NCBI GenBank assembly: GCA_015680685.1
Contig: MNCI01000406.1
Coordinates: 582,045-646,044 of the forward strand
DNA: 64,000 nucleotides
Reading direction: 5' to 3'
Source: Gnetum montanum
Taxonomy: Eukaryota; Plantae; Gnetophyta
Shown here: piece after piece, positions 1 through 11,890 of the stretch
Layout of the letters: each line of letters begins with the position of its first letter
Position numbering within the stretch: the stretch's first letter is position 1
Made by a program: the position numbers and the translations under genes
The notes under the pieces: generated by a model
Databases searched by the model: none
What the model was told of the DNA's origin: nothing
Seen by the model: only the letters and a program-made list of their open reading frames with translations

Positions 1-753
1 GGCATGAGCCTGCTTTGGGGAGGACCCACTGACATTCCTATTTGGAGCATTAGTTAAATTATTTCCTTTAACATTTTGTAATTAATTTTATTTTGTTTTG
101 TTCATTTCCATCTTGAAATCCATTTCATCGATGCCATAGTTGTCCCTTTTTATCTATCTTTCGTACTCCTTTTCCTTGTCCATTCTAACACTACCAGAGG
201 TTCGCGATTAGTCATGGGGGTACGGGGCTTGATTTTTTCAATTTTCTCTTAGCCCCGAATTTCTCAATTCTTTCCTAACCCCTACACCTTCGGTAGTCAT
301 TATTAAGATATCCCCAGATCCGTATTAGCCATACCACAACCTAGCCAATGGGCCTACACCGAAGCAAGGTATCAATTACATGATGATTCATTTACCCTTG
401 CTAATATAAGATTGTGTTGTGTGTGCAGATGACGATCATACAACAATGGATTGGATCTGGAGCAAACACTTGGAATGGAACTACGTTGGAATTATGCAAG
501 GAGCAAGATTGATGAAGCGCTTATGGATGGGCAACAAAGGTGCAATCTTGGCATTGGCAGCAGCAACACTTCTTTCTTTCTCTCTTTCTTTCTCAGTTGC
601 CAACAAAGGCCTGATGTCATTGTAATAAGGTGTTCATCCTTGTTATTATGAACACCAGTTTTGTCAAGTCTTGTAATGATGATCCATTCACATGTCATCC
701 CATTAGTTCCATTCCCCTTAATAATTCCATACCTTCCTGATATTATTGTAAGG

Positions 754-789
754 AACTCGAGGACGAGTTTTTATTTAGTCATGAGGGTA
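754..789 (+). promoter_or_regulatory. PPT of element A, preceded by hairpin aactcg-AGGA-cgagtt
   Basis: The same hairpin + PPT block precedes the 3' LTR of B (2159-2195, minus) and D (46355-46390). Confidence 0.8.
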
Positions 790-1750
790 TGATGAGATGC
801 GATTCGCATGAGTCACGATATCGCATCGTCCCTTGCAATGTCGCATACGCAATATTGTGGTCCATCACCAAATCTATAAATAAGAGGTGGCACTCCCCTT
901 ATTTTCCATCCTAGGCTTAAAGTAGGGAAACTCTGGCAGATTGATCACTCCAAAGATAGAATATTTTCCATGTGCTCGCAGTAGGAGTCCTCGAGTGAAC
1001 AAATCTTTATTCGAGCAGCTTTGTACCTAAACGCAAGTTGTGTACGACAATAAAGATGAGCTTTGTGGATAAACCTTGCAGTGCATGGAATAGGATTTAT
1101 TATTTGTTATTTATTACATGTTATTTCCTGCTTTTTATTTATTACTTGCAGTAGCGCGGCATGAGTACAACTTGATTACGAGCATTGACGAATGTGTATG
1201 GCTAATCAAGGAATGGGCTGCTCATCGCGATTAGGTTCTCTCACCCTTAACTCCTAAAATGCAGAATGAGTACAACTTGATTATGAGCATCTAAGGATGT
1301 GTACAGCTAGTCAAGGAATCGGCTGCTCATTACGTTTAGGCTAGTTAAGTGCCTCAGTACGACCACTTCGAGAACGTGCATTACGTGTGGTGATCCTAGT
1401 AACGATTAGCGTTTGGTAGCCACAATTGCATAGTTTAGGGTGTGTACGGTAAGTGGGAACGGATGCTGACGCTAGTTAATTTATACTTAGTTCATTAGTT
1501 AGAGTTAGTTAGCTTTCTCAACCCTTCACCTCAATAGCATAGGAGAAAAACACATAAAAGATATAAAAATCATATACCTCATACTTACTTAACCATACAC
1601 CGTGACAACTACAAGTCTGGGAAGACAACGAATGATTAACCCCAAGTGTTCCATGGGGTGTGTAGGCATTTAGTCTGCAAAGTTCAACCGGATCGTGCGT
1701 GCTACGCTCGTTTCATATGGTTGAGTGTAGGGGTACCTCGCCACTCATCA
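790..1750 (+). repeat. 3' LTR of element A (961 bp)
   Basis: Inverted termini TGATGAG/CTCATCA; TATA-like tctataaata at ~873. The terminal ..tatggttgagtgtaggggtacctcgccactcatca is nearly identical to 47218-47252 and to the reverse complement of 10429-10465. Confidence 0.92.
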
Positions 1751-2158
1751 AACTGGAAATAAATTACTTAACTTAAATGCATTAAAGTAAAGTACATAAA
1801 AATAAAATGCAATAAAGAAAATATTAAGTTATTCTCAGTGCTACAAGAATTGTCAAAAGAGTTCATTTTATTCTCGTCACACTACTGTGCTCAGGTACAT
1901 CAATTCTTGAACAAAGAACCATACACACTTAGACTCCTTCTGCAAGCACTTAGAAAATATTCTAACTTTGAGAAAAAGAAATGGCAAGCGCTTTGCTACT
2001 TTGACTAAGAAAGACCAAAATTGACTATGAAAACTGGAGCCCAAGTGTGGTATTTATAGCCTTGGGGTATACACCCCAACATCAAACATCTAACGTTAGA
2101 TCCAAGCCCCAATGTTACATATGCAATGTTGTGGCTAACATCAAATGGTCCTTCATCA
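1751..2158 (-). repeat. 3' LTR of element B, truncated by insertion of A
   Basis: Aligns to 10833-11233 with about 50 substitutions in ~400 bp (hand count), mostly transitions. Confidence 0.93.
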
Positions 2159-3363
2159 TACCCCACAATTGAATGAAAACTCATCCTCGAGTGAAGAAGA
2201 GGAGAAACAAGTTCTTTACAACACATATTGGGTAGGTATGGGATTATTGATTGACATTACAAATTGACTCAGATAAAATAGATAGAATTTAAGTGCCTAG
2301 GTGTATGAAATTACAATTTTTACAACATTAGATGTTCATGATAAGAGGAGTGAACACCCTAGAGAATATTAACATCCAACACCTCTTGGTAGCAAAAGAA
2401 TGAGAGAGAGAGAGAAGAGATTCACCAATCACAAGCAGTCCTCATTGTGTGGTCCTACTGCATCATTCTTGGTTAAGATAGTCACACTTCCAATCCATGC
2501 TTCCCACTGCAATCACAATAGAATCATGAATTATTATGCAATGTGTAACAAATAACTATTAAATGCCTTGTCTCATTAGTGGTTACACTCAACTAGGTGC
2601 TGATTATGGTTGATTGGTTCCTTGAGTAGTGTTAGCAGGAAGGCTAATAGATAGGGTTAATTAAACTAAGTAGTCCATTAAATTTGAAAAAGTTCAATAT
2701 GAAAAAATATTTGAAGAGGGTACAAGAATTCACAACAATGAAAAGAATAATTCACTAAAAAATATTATGAAGATGTATACGATTGGATGTCATTGATGGG
2801 GTAAACAAAAAGAATTTGATTGTGAAAGTGTCGAAGGGTAAAGAACTTAATTAACCCAACCAAAAGATATGAAGTGGGTCCTTCCCAAAGCAGGCATAGG
2901 CCTCTTATGCCCTTGCATAACTTCAAACCAAAGAGTCTACAATCTCTGTGGATGATTAATGATTACAGAAGTTAAGTACAAAAATCGAAAAGAAACTAAC
3001 TAAGAATACCAAGACATCAAACCAAAACATAAAACTAGTAGTGAGGTGAGACATGGAAAGCATAGATGGATGAGAGAGAGAGAGAGAGAGAGAGTGGAAT
3101 GAAGTTCCTAATTATAGTCACATGAAGTCCCTTGTGGATTTTGTGGTTAAATGACTTGATAGAATCCATCCTTAGTCTAGACCAAAACCAACCATGTTCA
3201 GTGACTTCGCATTGACATTCTAAGACTAATCTATCCCATGAGACATAAGAGTGCTCCCATAGAACAATCACCGTTCTTATTAGAGAAGAAGTAGGAAGTG
3301 AGGAAGGGTCTTAGTTAGAGGGGACTAGTCCCATAACCAGTGCTTGTAGCTTGTTTATTCTAT

Positions 3364-3590
3364 CTAAGGGATGTGCTTTGAATTTCCATTATTTTTTTTG
3401 AAATGGGAGCCACAACATGCAAAGGAAAATACATTTATTTTTCCCAAGAGGTGTGCTTTGAATCCTCATCATTTTTTTCTTGATGAGAACCACACCATGC
3501 GAGGATGTATGCATTTATTTTGTCCAAGGGATGTTCTTTGAACTCATCATTTCTTTTTCTGATGAGAACCACACCATACAAGGACTTATT
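3364..3590. repeat. Three degenerate ~80-bp tandem units in the 3' non-coding region of B
   Basis: Unit 'aagggatgtgctttgaa...gaaccacaccatgc..gga' repeats three times; a single copy occurs in C at ~38122. Confidence 0.8.
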
Positions 3591-4049
3591 CAACTTCCTT
3601 TTATTGGATGACACGGAATGGTAAGAAATTCATCAAAACACACATGCACCCAGGCAAATAGAAAAGCACAAAGAATACCAAATCCTCTTGAAGCCACACC
3701 CTATTCAAACCCTTGAATCCTTTCCAATTCTGGAAACTACCAAAGTTACAAATTTATTAAAATTTTATTAATGAAAAAAGGATTGCATGTTTCCAAAACA
3801 AGGAAAACCATAGAGCTTGTGGATGGGTGGATGTTGTGGACTCATTTCCTATTACATGAAAANCATTACCAATGTACTTGGCACTTATTAACAAAAAGTT
3901 AGAAAATCACACCAAATAAAAGAAAGGGTAAAATGTTCAAGAAATATCAAATGTACTAACAATGGTGTAAAAAAAATTAGAAAAGATGTAAAATAAATAA
4001 TATTTTTAAAACAAAAAATTTGAAAAACTGAGAAGCTACTTTGTATGAT

Positions 4050-7000
4050 TAGCATAAGAGGCCATCTCCACCACGACTAAGTTGAAAGGAGGAGATCCAA
4101 AATATGGAGCATGGTTGTCCACAGGATGAGGTGCTTGTTGTGTTAGTTGGTGTATGCTCATGGAAAGGTTTAATTTGTTGGATGTTGATCAACTATTTCT
4201 TGTTTGGGCTCTTAGGTTTGTAGATCATCATGGCTTCTAAAGGAAAAGTCTCATAAATGATGTAAGGTCCTTCTCACAATGTTTGAAACTTAGTTTGTTG
4301 AGGTACATGTGTGGGGTTCTAGTAAAGAACCTTGTCTCCTAGTTGAAATTTGACTTTTCTAATTTTCAGGTCATGATGCTTTTTGTTATAGGCCTTGTGC
4401 AACTCGTTAGATGATAGGGCTACTAATTGGTTTTTGTCTAGCAGGTTGAGATTCATCGATCGTTCTTTTTGGGCTAGACTCCTATCAAGGTCAAGATCAC
4501 AAGCTATTAAAAGTGTATGAAGTTCAAATTGAATAGGAAGTGTTGGTAGTTTTCCATACACAAGTTCATAGGGAGAGTAGCCTATAGGAAGTTTCCAAGT
4601 TGAGTGGTAGGTCCAAAGGGCATCATTGAATTTTGTGCTCTAGTCCTTCCTATACTTTTTTATAGTCCTTGTTAGTATCTTTGTGATTTCCCTCTTGGTA
4701 ACTTCAGCTTGACCATTAGCTTAGAGATGATAAGGTGTTGTGAGTTTATGTTCAACCCCAAAGTGTTGCATGAGCTTTCAAAAAGTAGTGCGTCTAAAAT
4801 GAGTTCCATTGTCATAAATTAATGCACATGGCACACCAAACCTATTTACAACATTTTTTTGTACAAACCAAGTAGCAGTAGATGATGTATAGTGGATGAT
4901 GGCTACTACTTTTGCCCATTTCGTATAATAGTCAACAACGATTATGATGTACGCCTTTTCATTTGACATGGGCGTGATGAAACCTATGAAGTCAATACCC
5001 CAAATGTTGCATAGTTCTAGTGGTTAAATCCATTGTTGAGGTTCCTCCATTCGAGTAGTCATTCCACCATCTTGTTGGCATCATTCACAAGAGTAGATGT
5101 AATGGTGAGAATCCTTGAAGAGTGTTGGCCAATTGTACCCTATCATCAGGATTTTAATGACCATGCATCTCCTAGCATAGTTTCCTCCACAAGGACCTTC
5201 ATCAATGCCATTGATCAGCATTAAGGACACACCAATGAACGAGGCCATCAGTGCACACCTTGTAGAAGTGTTTGTTGATCTTCATAAAGTGCTTTACTTA
5301 GTAAAGAAATTTTTGTTTCTTCTGGTGGTCCAACCCTTGTGGCATCTGCTGAGTGAGAAGATAGGTGAGAATGTTATCATACCATTTTTGCTCATTAGGC
5401 ATTTGTTCTATTATAGCCCCAACAAAGAGGAGTTCATTAGGAAACATGTCAAAGAGTGGGCTTTCTTCCTCTATGTTGTCCCATTGCAACCGAGACAAGT
5501 GATCAACAACCACATTCTCAGTGCCCTTTCGATCTACCATCATAAGATTGAATTCCTACAAGATCATCATCCACCATATGACACAAGGGCTCACTATTGG
5601 CTTGTTCATTAGGAAGCAGATGGCACTATGGTCTATGTGCACAAACACCTTGTATCCAAGTACATAATGCTTGAACTTCTCTAAAGTAAACACCATCACC
5701 ATCTATTCTTTTTCTATAGCGGTGTAGTTCAGTTGTGCATCCATAATTCTTTGGCTAGCACAATGGATGTAGTATGGACATTTCTTATCATCTAACTACA
5801 TTAGCATAGCCCACAAGGCATACTTTAATGTATCTATCATGATATGGAATGGCCTAGACTAGTCGAGTGCTTATAGGATTGGAGTTTCTACAAGCTTCTC
5901 TTTCAGTTGCTGGAATGCTTTCTCACATTCTACGATCTAAACGAAGGGAGCATCTTTCTTTGTTAGCTCGACCAATGGTTTTGTGATCTTAGAAAAATTC
6001 TCTATAAATCACCAGTAGTAGCCAGTATATCCAAGGAATGACTGAACATCTTTAACTAGTTTTGGCTAGTAGGTTATTCTTTGGATGGCTCTTATTTTTT
6101 CAAGGTTCACCTCAATTCATGCTTGAAAGATTCTGTGCCACAGTACAATGCCCTCCTAGACCATGAGATTACTTTTCTGCTAATTGAGTCACAAGTTGAT
6201 TTCAACACACCATTTCAGCACTTGCTCAAGGTGGTCTAGGGCTTGCTCAAATGTAGCTCCATAGGTGGAGAGGTCATCCATGAAGACTTCCACACCACTA
6301 CCAATCTACCATTGAAAAATGCTTAGGACCAGGTGTTGGAATGTGGCAGGAGCATTGCATAGACCAAAAGACATTTTACGATATGCAAAAGTCTCCTAGG
6401 AACTCATGAATGTTGTCTTTGCTTGGTCTTCTAGTGAAATTTGAATTTGGTTATAGCCACTATAACCATTTAGAAAACTATAGTAGTAATGCCTAGATAT
6501 TATGTCGAGCACCTAGTCAACAAATGGCAACGGAAAGTGATCCTTGAATGTTGCCATGTTCAGTAGCTTGAAATTGATGAAGGTGTACCACTTGCCATCT
6601 TTCTTTGGTATGATTACAAGTGGACTAAGTAACTCACTATCTGCAATGGGATAGATGAACCCCACCTTGAGGAGTTACTCAATTTCCTCCTTGAAGATTT
6701 ATTTTAATTTCAATTCAACTACCTTTGTGGCTATCATTTTGGCTTCATGGTTGAGTTAGTGTAAATGCAATGCTGGCATATCTTAGGATCAATCCTTGTG
6801 AGTTCAAGATATGACCAAGCAAAAGCTACTGACCATCTTTCAACTACTCTCAATAGCATCTTTTTTTGTTCTAGATCAAGTTTTGTATTAATTATAACTG
6901 GCTTCCCATTCTTCAAAAATACATATTCCATTCCAGCTAGTAACGTTTTCAACTCAAGGGGCTCTTGTTTGAATTTGTTAGGAATTTTCAACTCTTCCCA

Positions 7001-9830
7001 GTGAGTATCATCATTTGTATCATCATAGAATTGGTGATGAACCTGCTCTAGTTCATCATGCTTGTGACATATGCACATGTCAGGCTCTTAGCTGGTTCCA
7101 TGCATAGTGTGCTACTTTCTAAATCAATAGTCAGCCACTAGGTGTCCTCCTATTTTGTGGCTACTACTTACAAATACCTTTGGATTTCTACTTTTGGTGC
7201 ACACTATTTGCATGCATAGATAGATGTTTGCTTAATGGTCCAAAGTTTCTACACATAATTGCACCCTATATCACTGTACACAATGCATGAAACTATCTTC
7301 TTCTTGATCTTTCCAAATGCATTTTCTTTAGATATATCTAGGGAAAGATCTCTAATGCCTAGCCTTACATCAACAATGCTCAACCATGCCCTTGCCATGA
7401 TGATTGGAAAATCCCCGTTGCAATTCTCCACTTTGATTACCAAGAAATTAGTAGGATAAGACCACCCATAGATAGTGGTCACAATGCCTTCTACCAGTCT
7501 GAATGGAACAATGATGGACTGGTTTGCCAATTCTAATTTGATGTTTCTCTTCTTGAGAGGAGGTAAGTTCCAAGTAGTGTACATCTCATGAGAAATCAAA
7601 TTAACACCAAAACCTAAATTGAGAAGAGCCTTACATGGTTTGTTCCTAACAATCTGTAAGTAAATTAGAGGACTTCCAGGATTGGCTAATTTCCTAGGAA
7701 GGTTTTCTACATGGATCCAATCAAACACAATGTGAGTAAGCATTACAGTATGGATTCTTGGCTAAGTTTGGTTTGAAGAAGGCCTGAAGGAATTTGATAT
7801 GGAGGAAGAGGCAGGAGTAGGGTTGTCAACTGCGAAGGCTTAGGTGGAGAAGAAAGGACTTTTCTTTGATCAGACATTCAACCCCACTGATTGATGATTG
7901 GGTTGCAAATTAACATGCCTCGTAGCATTATGTTGTTGTGGTTGAGCGAGCAATTCACCCTGCATAAGTGCAATAGGTGGTAGCTATGCAACTGGTGGAG
8001 GAGTATGTGCAAGGATAGGAGGAGATAAGGATAAGAGGTAGTATCCCTTCTTTCATGTGGTGAATGAGCTCAATAATAATCTAAATGGTGGTAGTAAGGC
8101 TAGAAATTAGAAATGTGACTGAAGGAGTCATGTGGAGACATGGGTTGCTACACATAGTAACCATATGGATCAAGCTGCTGATAAGGGTATTGTTGTCTTG
8201 GAGGTGACAACACCCATGATTGTGGTTACTTCCATTGTTGATACTGTTCATACGATTGCGATGGAGCTCCACTTGGATGATACAATTATTGTTGGTGGAA
8301 CTTCCTAAGATTACCTTGAGGATAAGGTAATATTTTGGATGTTTGCCTTTGTGTAAGTTGTGGATGTAAGGCATACACCCTAGACTCCTATAGATGTGAC
8401 ACAACGAGGTAATATCCCTTAGGATGTTCGTACTGATAGATGTCACACCCATGATCATCATCTGATTCACTATCCTCAACCTCTTCTATTATAGAAATAT
8501 TTCCCTTACCTTTGTAATATGCATGTTCAGCTTCCTTGCACCTCCTATACTCACACTCACTACTTTGTTCTTTGGCCTCCTTAGTAATTTTGAGAATAGC
8601 TTGAAATCTGTTATCCATTGAGTTTCTTAATTAATCAACCTTGGTTGTAAGTTTAGATTGGAATTGTTAGAGTGTTAAGGCTTTCTTATGCACCCCCTCA
8701 TCAAATACAGACTCATCCTCATCGTCATAGAATTGAACCTCCCTCTTGCAAATAGAAGGATCACGGTTGTACTCTTTTGCACTTTCTCTTTTTCTTAGTT
8801 TACCCTCCTCTTTGGTGACCTGCTCTATTAATCTTTGTATTTGATAGGCAATTAGTGCTAATAATCACCCTTGGGAATAGACACCTAGGGTTTTCCTCAT
8901 TTCATTACGAAGCCCATCTACAATGTGATGAAGTTGAACCAATTAAGAATAACCATGGCTAGGAAATTTGTGCATCAAGGCATAGTATCAGCCAATGGTG
9001 GCATCTAAGGGTTCATGTGTTTCTTGTTTCCACCCTTGAATTTTCTTCCTTAAGTTGGACACTCTAAACTACATTTGATGCTTATCATTGAACAAGTCAA
9101 GTATGGTACTCCATTGTTTGATAGATTTCAACTCTAAGGACCAGTACCAATTTTCTACTTCCTTGATGAGTGTCCCTAGGAACAACTTCAATTTCTACCA
9201 CTTCTTCTCTATGTTTTACAAGGCACATGCATCTTGGAAAGCTTGAAGATGATTTTTTGGATCAGAGTCATATCCTCCTTCAAATCAAGGAATATTGTTC
9301 ATGTATAACCATTTGATTTGACTATCCTTCACATGCTTTTGTTGGAATTCTGATTACCTTTGTAATGTTAAGCATACTTTGGATAGCAAATAGAGGCTCA
9401 TCGAGGCCTTGATCATGGTGCTTATGATATCCTCTACTACCCCTTTGTTCATGGTGATGTGCCTCTCTCAAACATCTACACCGTTGATCTTGTCTCTCCT
9501 AATGGTCCCTTTGGTTATTTTGGTCTCATCAGTCATTTCATTCATTTTGATCACCACCATCATGGTCTTGCCTTCTGCAGTCATGGTCAAGGTTAGAAGA
9601 AGATGATGATGATGAAGGGAAAGAGGAAGGAGAACCAGCACCATCACAATGCCTACTACCACCTCTTCGACGATCATGACCACAATCACAATCATGCTTC
9701 TTGTCTGCACCCCTATCTTGACATGCCCCTCTGGATCCTTCTTTGTTATTGGATCCCTTGTTACTAGAATTGGGATTGTAAATTGTGGAGTGTAGATTTT
9801 GATTTTGACCTCCATCATCAAAGTCCAAGA
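4050..9830 (-). pseudogene. Decayed gag-pol of element B
   Basis: Gag HLQAFQDAC..KLKLF..W (~9300-9000); protease ALLNLG..VNLI (7249-7743); RT HFPLPFVD, GYSGYNQI, VFMDD (~6800-6000); RNase H (~5900-5550); integrase VDYYTKW, RFGVP..LIYDNGTHF, TPYHL.ANGQAEV (~5300-4150). Many stops and frameshifts. Confidence 0.95.
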
Positions 9831-10409
9831 GAGGAGTTTCATTGAATGGAAAGCCCCCAGAGAAGGGTTCCCCATTAGCTTGTTGGTAAAATAGGAATGG
9901 AGAATCATTAAGCCCTTTTCCCTTTGAAAAGTCATAGTGCTGCTCTAGCTATCGATCCTGTAAATGTTGTGCTTTGATGGGATGATAATCCCTAACATTA
10001 GCATCTTCCACAATATACTCCCCATGGCAGTCTTGAAGACCACATCATGCAAGCATTTGATAGAGCATTGCAGGAGTAGCATGATCGGGCAGCAACACAA
10101 TGTTACCCTCCATGTCACGCCACCACAACTATTCATCCTAGTGTAGGATGAAGGTGAAGTTTAGCACATACTCATCAGGATGAGTATAGATAATTCAATG
10201 CTATTGAGGCTTTGGTAGATTAACTCTATTAGCCTTTGGTGGAAAAGCACTCCTGTGAGAAGAAGACATTTTCAATTAGTGAATAAAAATCACAGTGTGC
10301 TCTGAGAATTTGTTGTAATAATTGTGAAATAAGATATGACTCTAAGGTTTGTTCCAATGATTTAAATACTTTCACTAAGTCCTAGATAGAACACAAAATA
10401 ACAAAAGGG

Positions 10410-10427
10410 TTCCTGGCAATGGTGCCA
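10410..10427 (-). promoter_or_regulatory. Primer-binding site, tRNA-Asp type (TGGCACCATTGCCAGGAA)
   Basis: Lies immediately after the 5' LTR; reads as a G>A-decayed form of TGGCGCCGTTGCCGGGGA, the PBS typical of Athila. Confidence 0.85.
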
Positions 10428-10428
10428 A

Positions 10429-11233
10429 TGATGAGTGGTAAGGTACCCCTACACCCAACCATATGAATCACTAAGGTTGAATTCTGTGGACCTATAGTTA
10501 TCTAATACACTAGCTCTTCTAAGAAGTGAAATGGGCATGGAGAATGTTCGTTGTCTTCTCAATTACACTTGTGTGTTCAAATGTATGGTTTAAGTGTAAT
10601 TGAGATATATGATTTTTCTTACTTTATATTTTATGGATTTGGTCACATACAATAGGAATGAAGAGTAGAGTAACTTAAAATCTAACTTGTTTATTGCCTA
10701 TCTATCCTAACACAAGTAACCACCCCACTTTCCTAAACACATATAGCATTGTTGGGTTGCCAAACATTAAGCGTTGCTGGGTTACCAAGTACTATATGAA
10801 TTCTTGAAGTGGTCATGCTCATGTTCATTAACAACTAGAAATAAATTGCGTAACTCAAATGCATTAAAGTAAAGTACATGAAAATAAAATGTAATAAAGA
10901 AAATATTAAATATTCTCAATGCTGCAAGGATTTTCAAAAGAGTTTATTTTATTCCCATCACACTACTATGTTGAGGTACATCAATGCTCGAACAAAGTAC
11001 CTACACACTTAGACTCCTTCTACAAGCACTCAGAAAATATTCTAACTCTGAGGAAAAGAAATGGCAAGAGCTTTGCTACTTTAACTAAGAAAGACCAAAC
11101 TATGAAAACTAGAGCCCAGGCATGGTATTTATAGCCTTGGGGTATACACCCTGACGTTGGACATCTGACATTAGATCTAGGACTCAATGTCACGTATGCA
11201 ACATCGTGGCCAACATCAAATGGTGGTTCATCA
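10429..11233 (-). repeat. 5' LTR of element B (805 bp)
   Basis: Bounded by TGATGA..CTCATCA on the minus strand, adjacent to the PBS, matches 1751-2158. Confidence 0.93.
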
Positions 11234-11240
11234 ATAGTGN

Positions 11241-11679
11241 TTAAAGAACTCTTTCTTGACCTAGGCATAATAAGTAAAAATATATTTTTCACTAAAAGAA
11301 GCCAAAAAATTTGTTTATGGAATCTCATGTTCCATTCATTCTTTGGCCTACTCCTTAGACCACCACCAATGTCAAGTAATATTTATCATTAGATAAGCAA
11401 CTAACGTGGTCAACTATGCTAGAGTACAACCCATTAGATCAAATGGCTTCTTTAGCTCCTCTAGCCACTTTATCGCAATAGTTGGATCTTTTGTGTTAGA
11501 AAATGTAGGAGAATCCAACTTATAGAATTACTCAACTAACTCTTTGCTAATTAGCTTCCTAGACTATTTTCTTTATCACCAGCAATACTAGCACCACTAT
11601 TGATGAACCACCATTTGATGTTGGCCACGATGTTGCATACGTGACATTGAGTCCTAGATCTAATGTCAGATGTCCAACG
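11241..11679. other. Probably mis-oriented small contig between two single Ns
   Basis: 11595-11679 is an exact reverse complement of 11155-11239, and the segment is bounded by N at 11240 and 11680. Confidence 0.8.
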
Positions 11680-11749
11680 NATAGTGGTGGTAGTTAGCAA
11701 CAACTAGTAGTTAGTGATACTATTCCTTCTATAGTATGTGATACTTCTC

Positions 11750-11890
11750 TAGTTTGTTATAGATGTGAGCAATCTAGACAAATCAAGAACTACATAAACT
11801 ATTATGCATGTGGCTAGATAAGACATTAGGCCAGAGAGTACCCATAGTAGATAGTAGGATGTGGTAGAGGCAGAGGCCATGGATGGAAAC
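11750..11890 (+). pseudogene. Old retrotransposon gag relic with two degenerate CCHC zinc knuckles
   Basis: Translates VCYRCEQSRQIKNYINYYACG*IRH*AREYP, followed by GRGRGHG. Confidence 0.6.

Larger units (their letters stand above)
1..1750 (+). mobile_element. Athila-like Ty3/gypsy LTR retrotransposon A: 3' non-coding region plus 3' LTR, inserted into the 3' LTR of element B
   Basis: PPT (agtcatgagggta) directly precedes an LTR bounded by TGATGAG (790) and CTCATCA (1750). LTR end and 3' motifs are shared with elements B and D. Sequence after 1750 resumes in the middle of B's LTR. Confidence 0.9.
1751..11233 (-). mobile_element. Athila-like Ty3/gypsy LTR retrotransposon B, near full length and decayed (gag-PR-RT-RH-INT, no long accessory ORF)
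   Basis: 5' LTR 10429-11233, PBS, gag-pol remnants in gypsy domain order, PPT at 2159-2170, partial 3' LTR 1751-2158. Confidence 0.93.

Noticed and set aside
5033-7459. Plus-strand ORFs over B's pol, and similar ones over F and G (e.g. 53615, 59068)
   Set aside because: Antisense shadows of retrotransposon coding sequence.
11155-11679. Perfect 85-bp inverted repeat suggesting a MITE or hairpin-RNA locus
   Set aside because: Both arms end at single Ns. Flipping 11241-11679 restores the LTR flank and puts gag-like sequence on the same strand as the knuckles at 11750, so it is most likely a mis-oriented contig.
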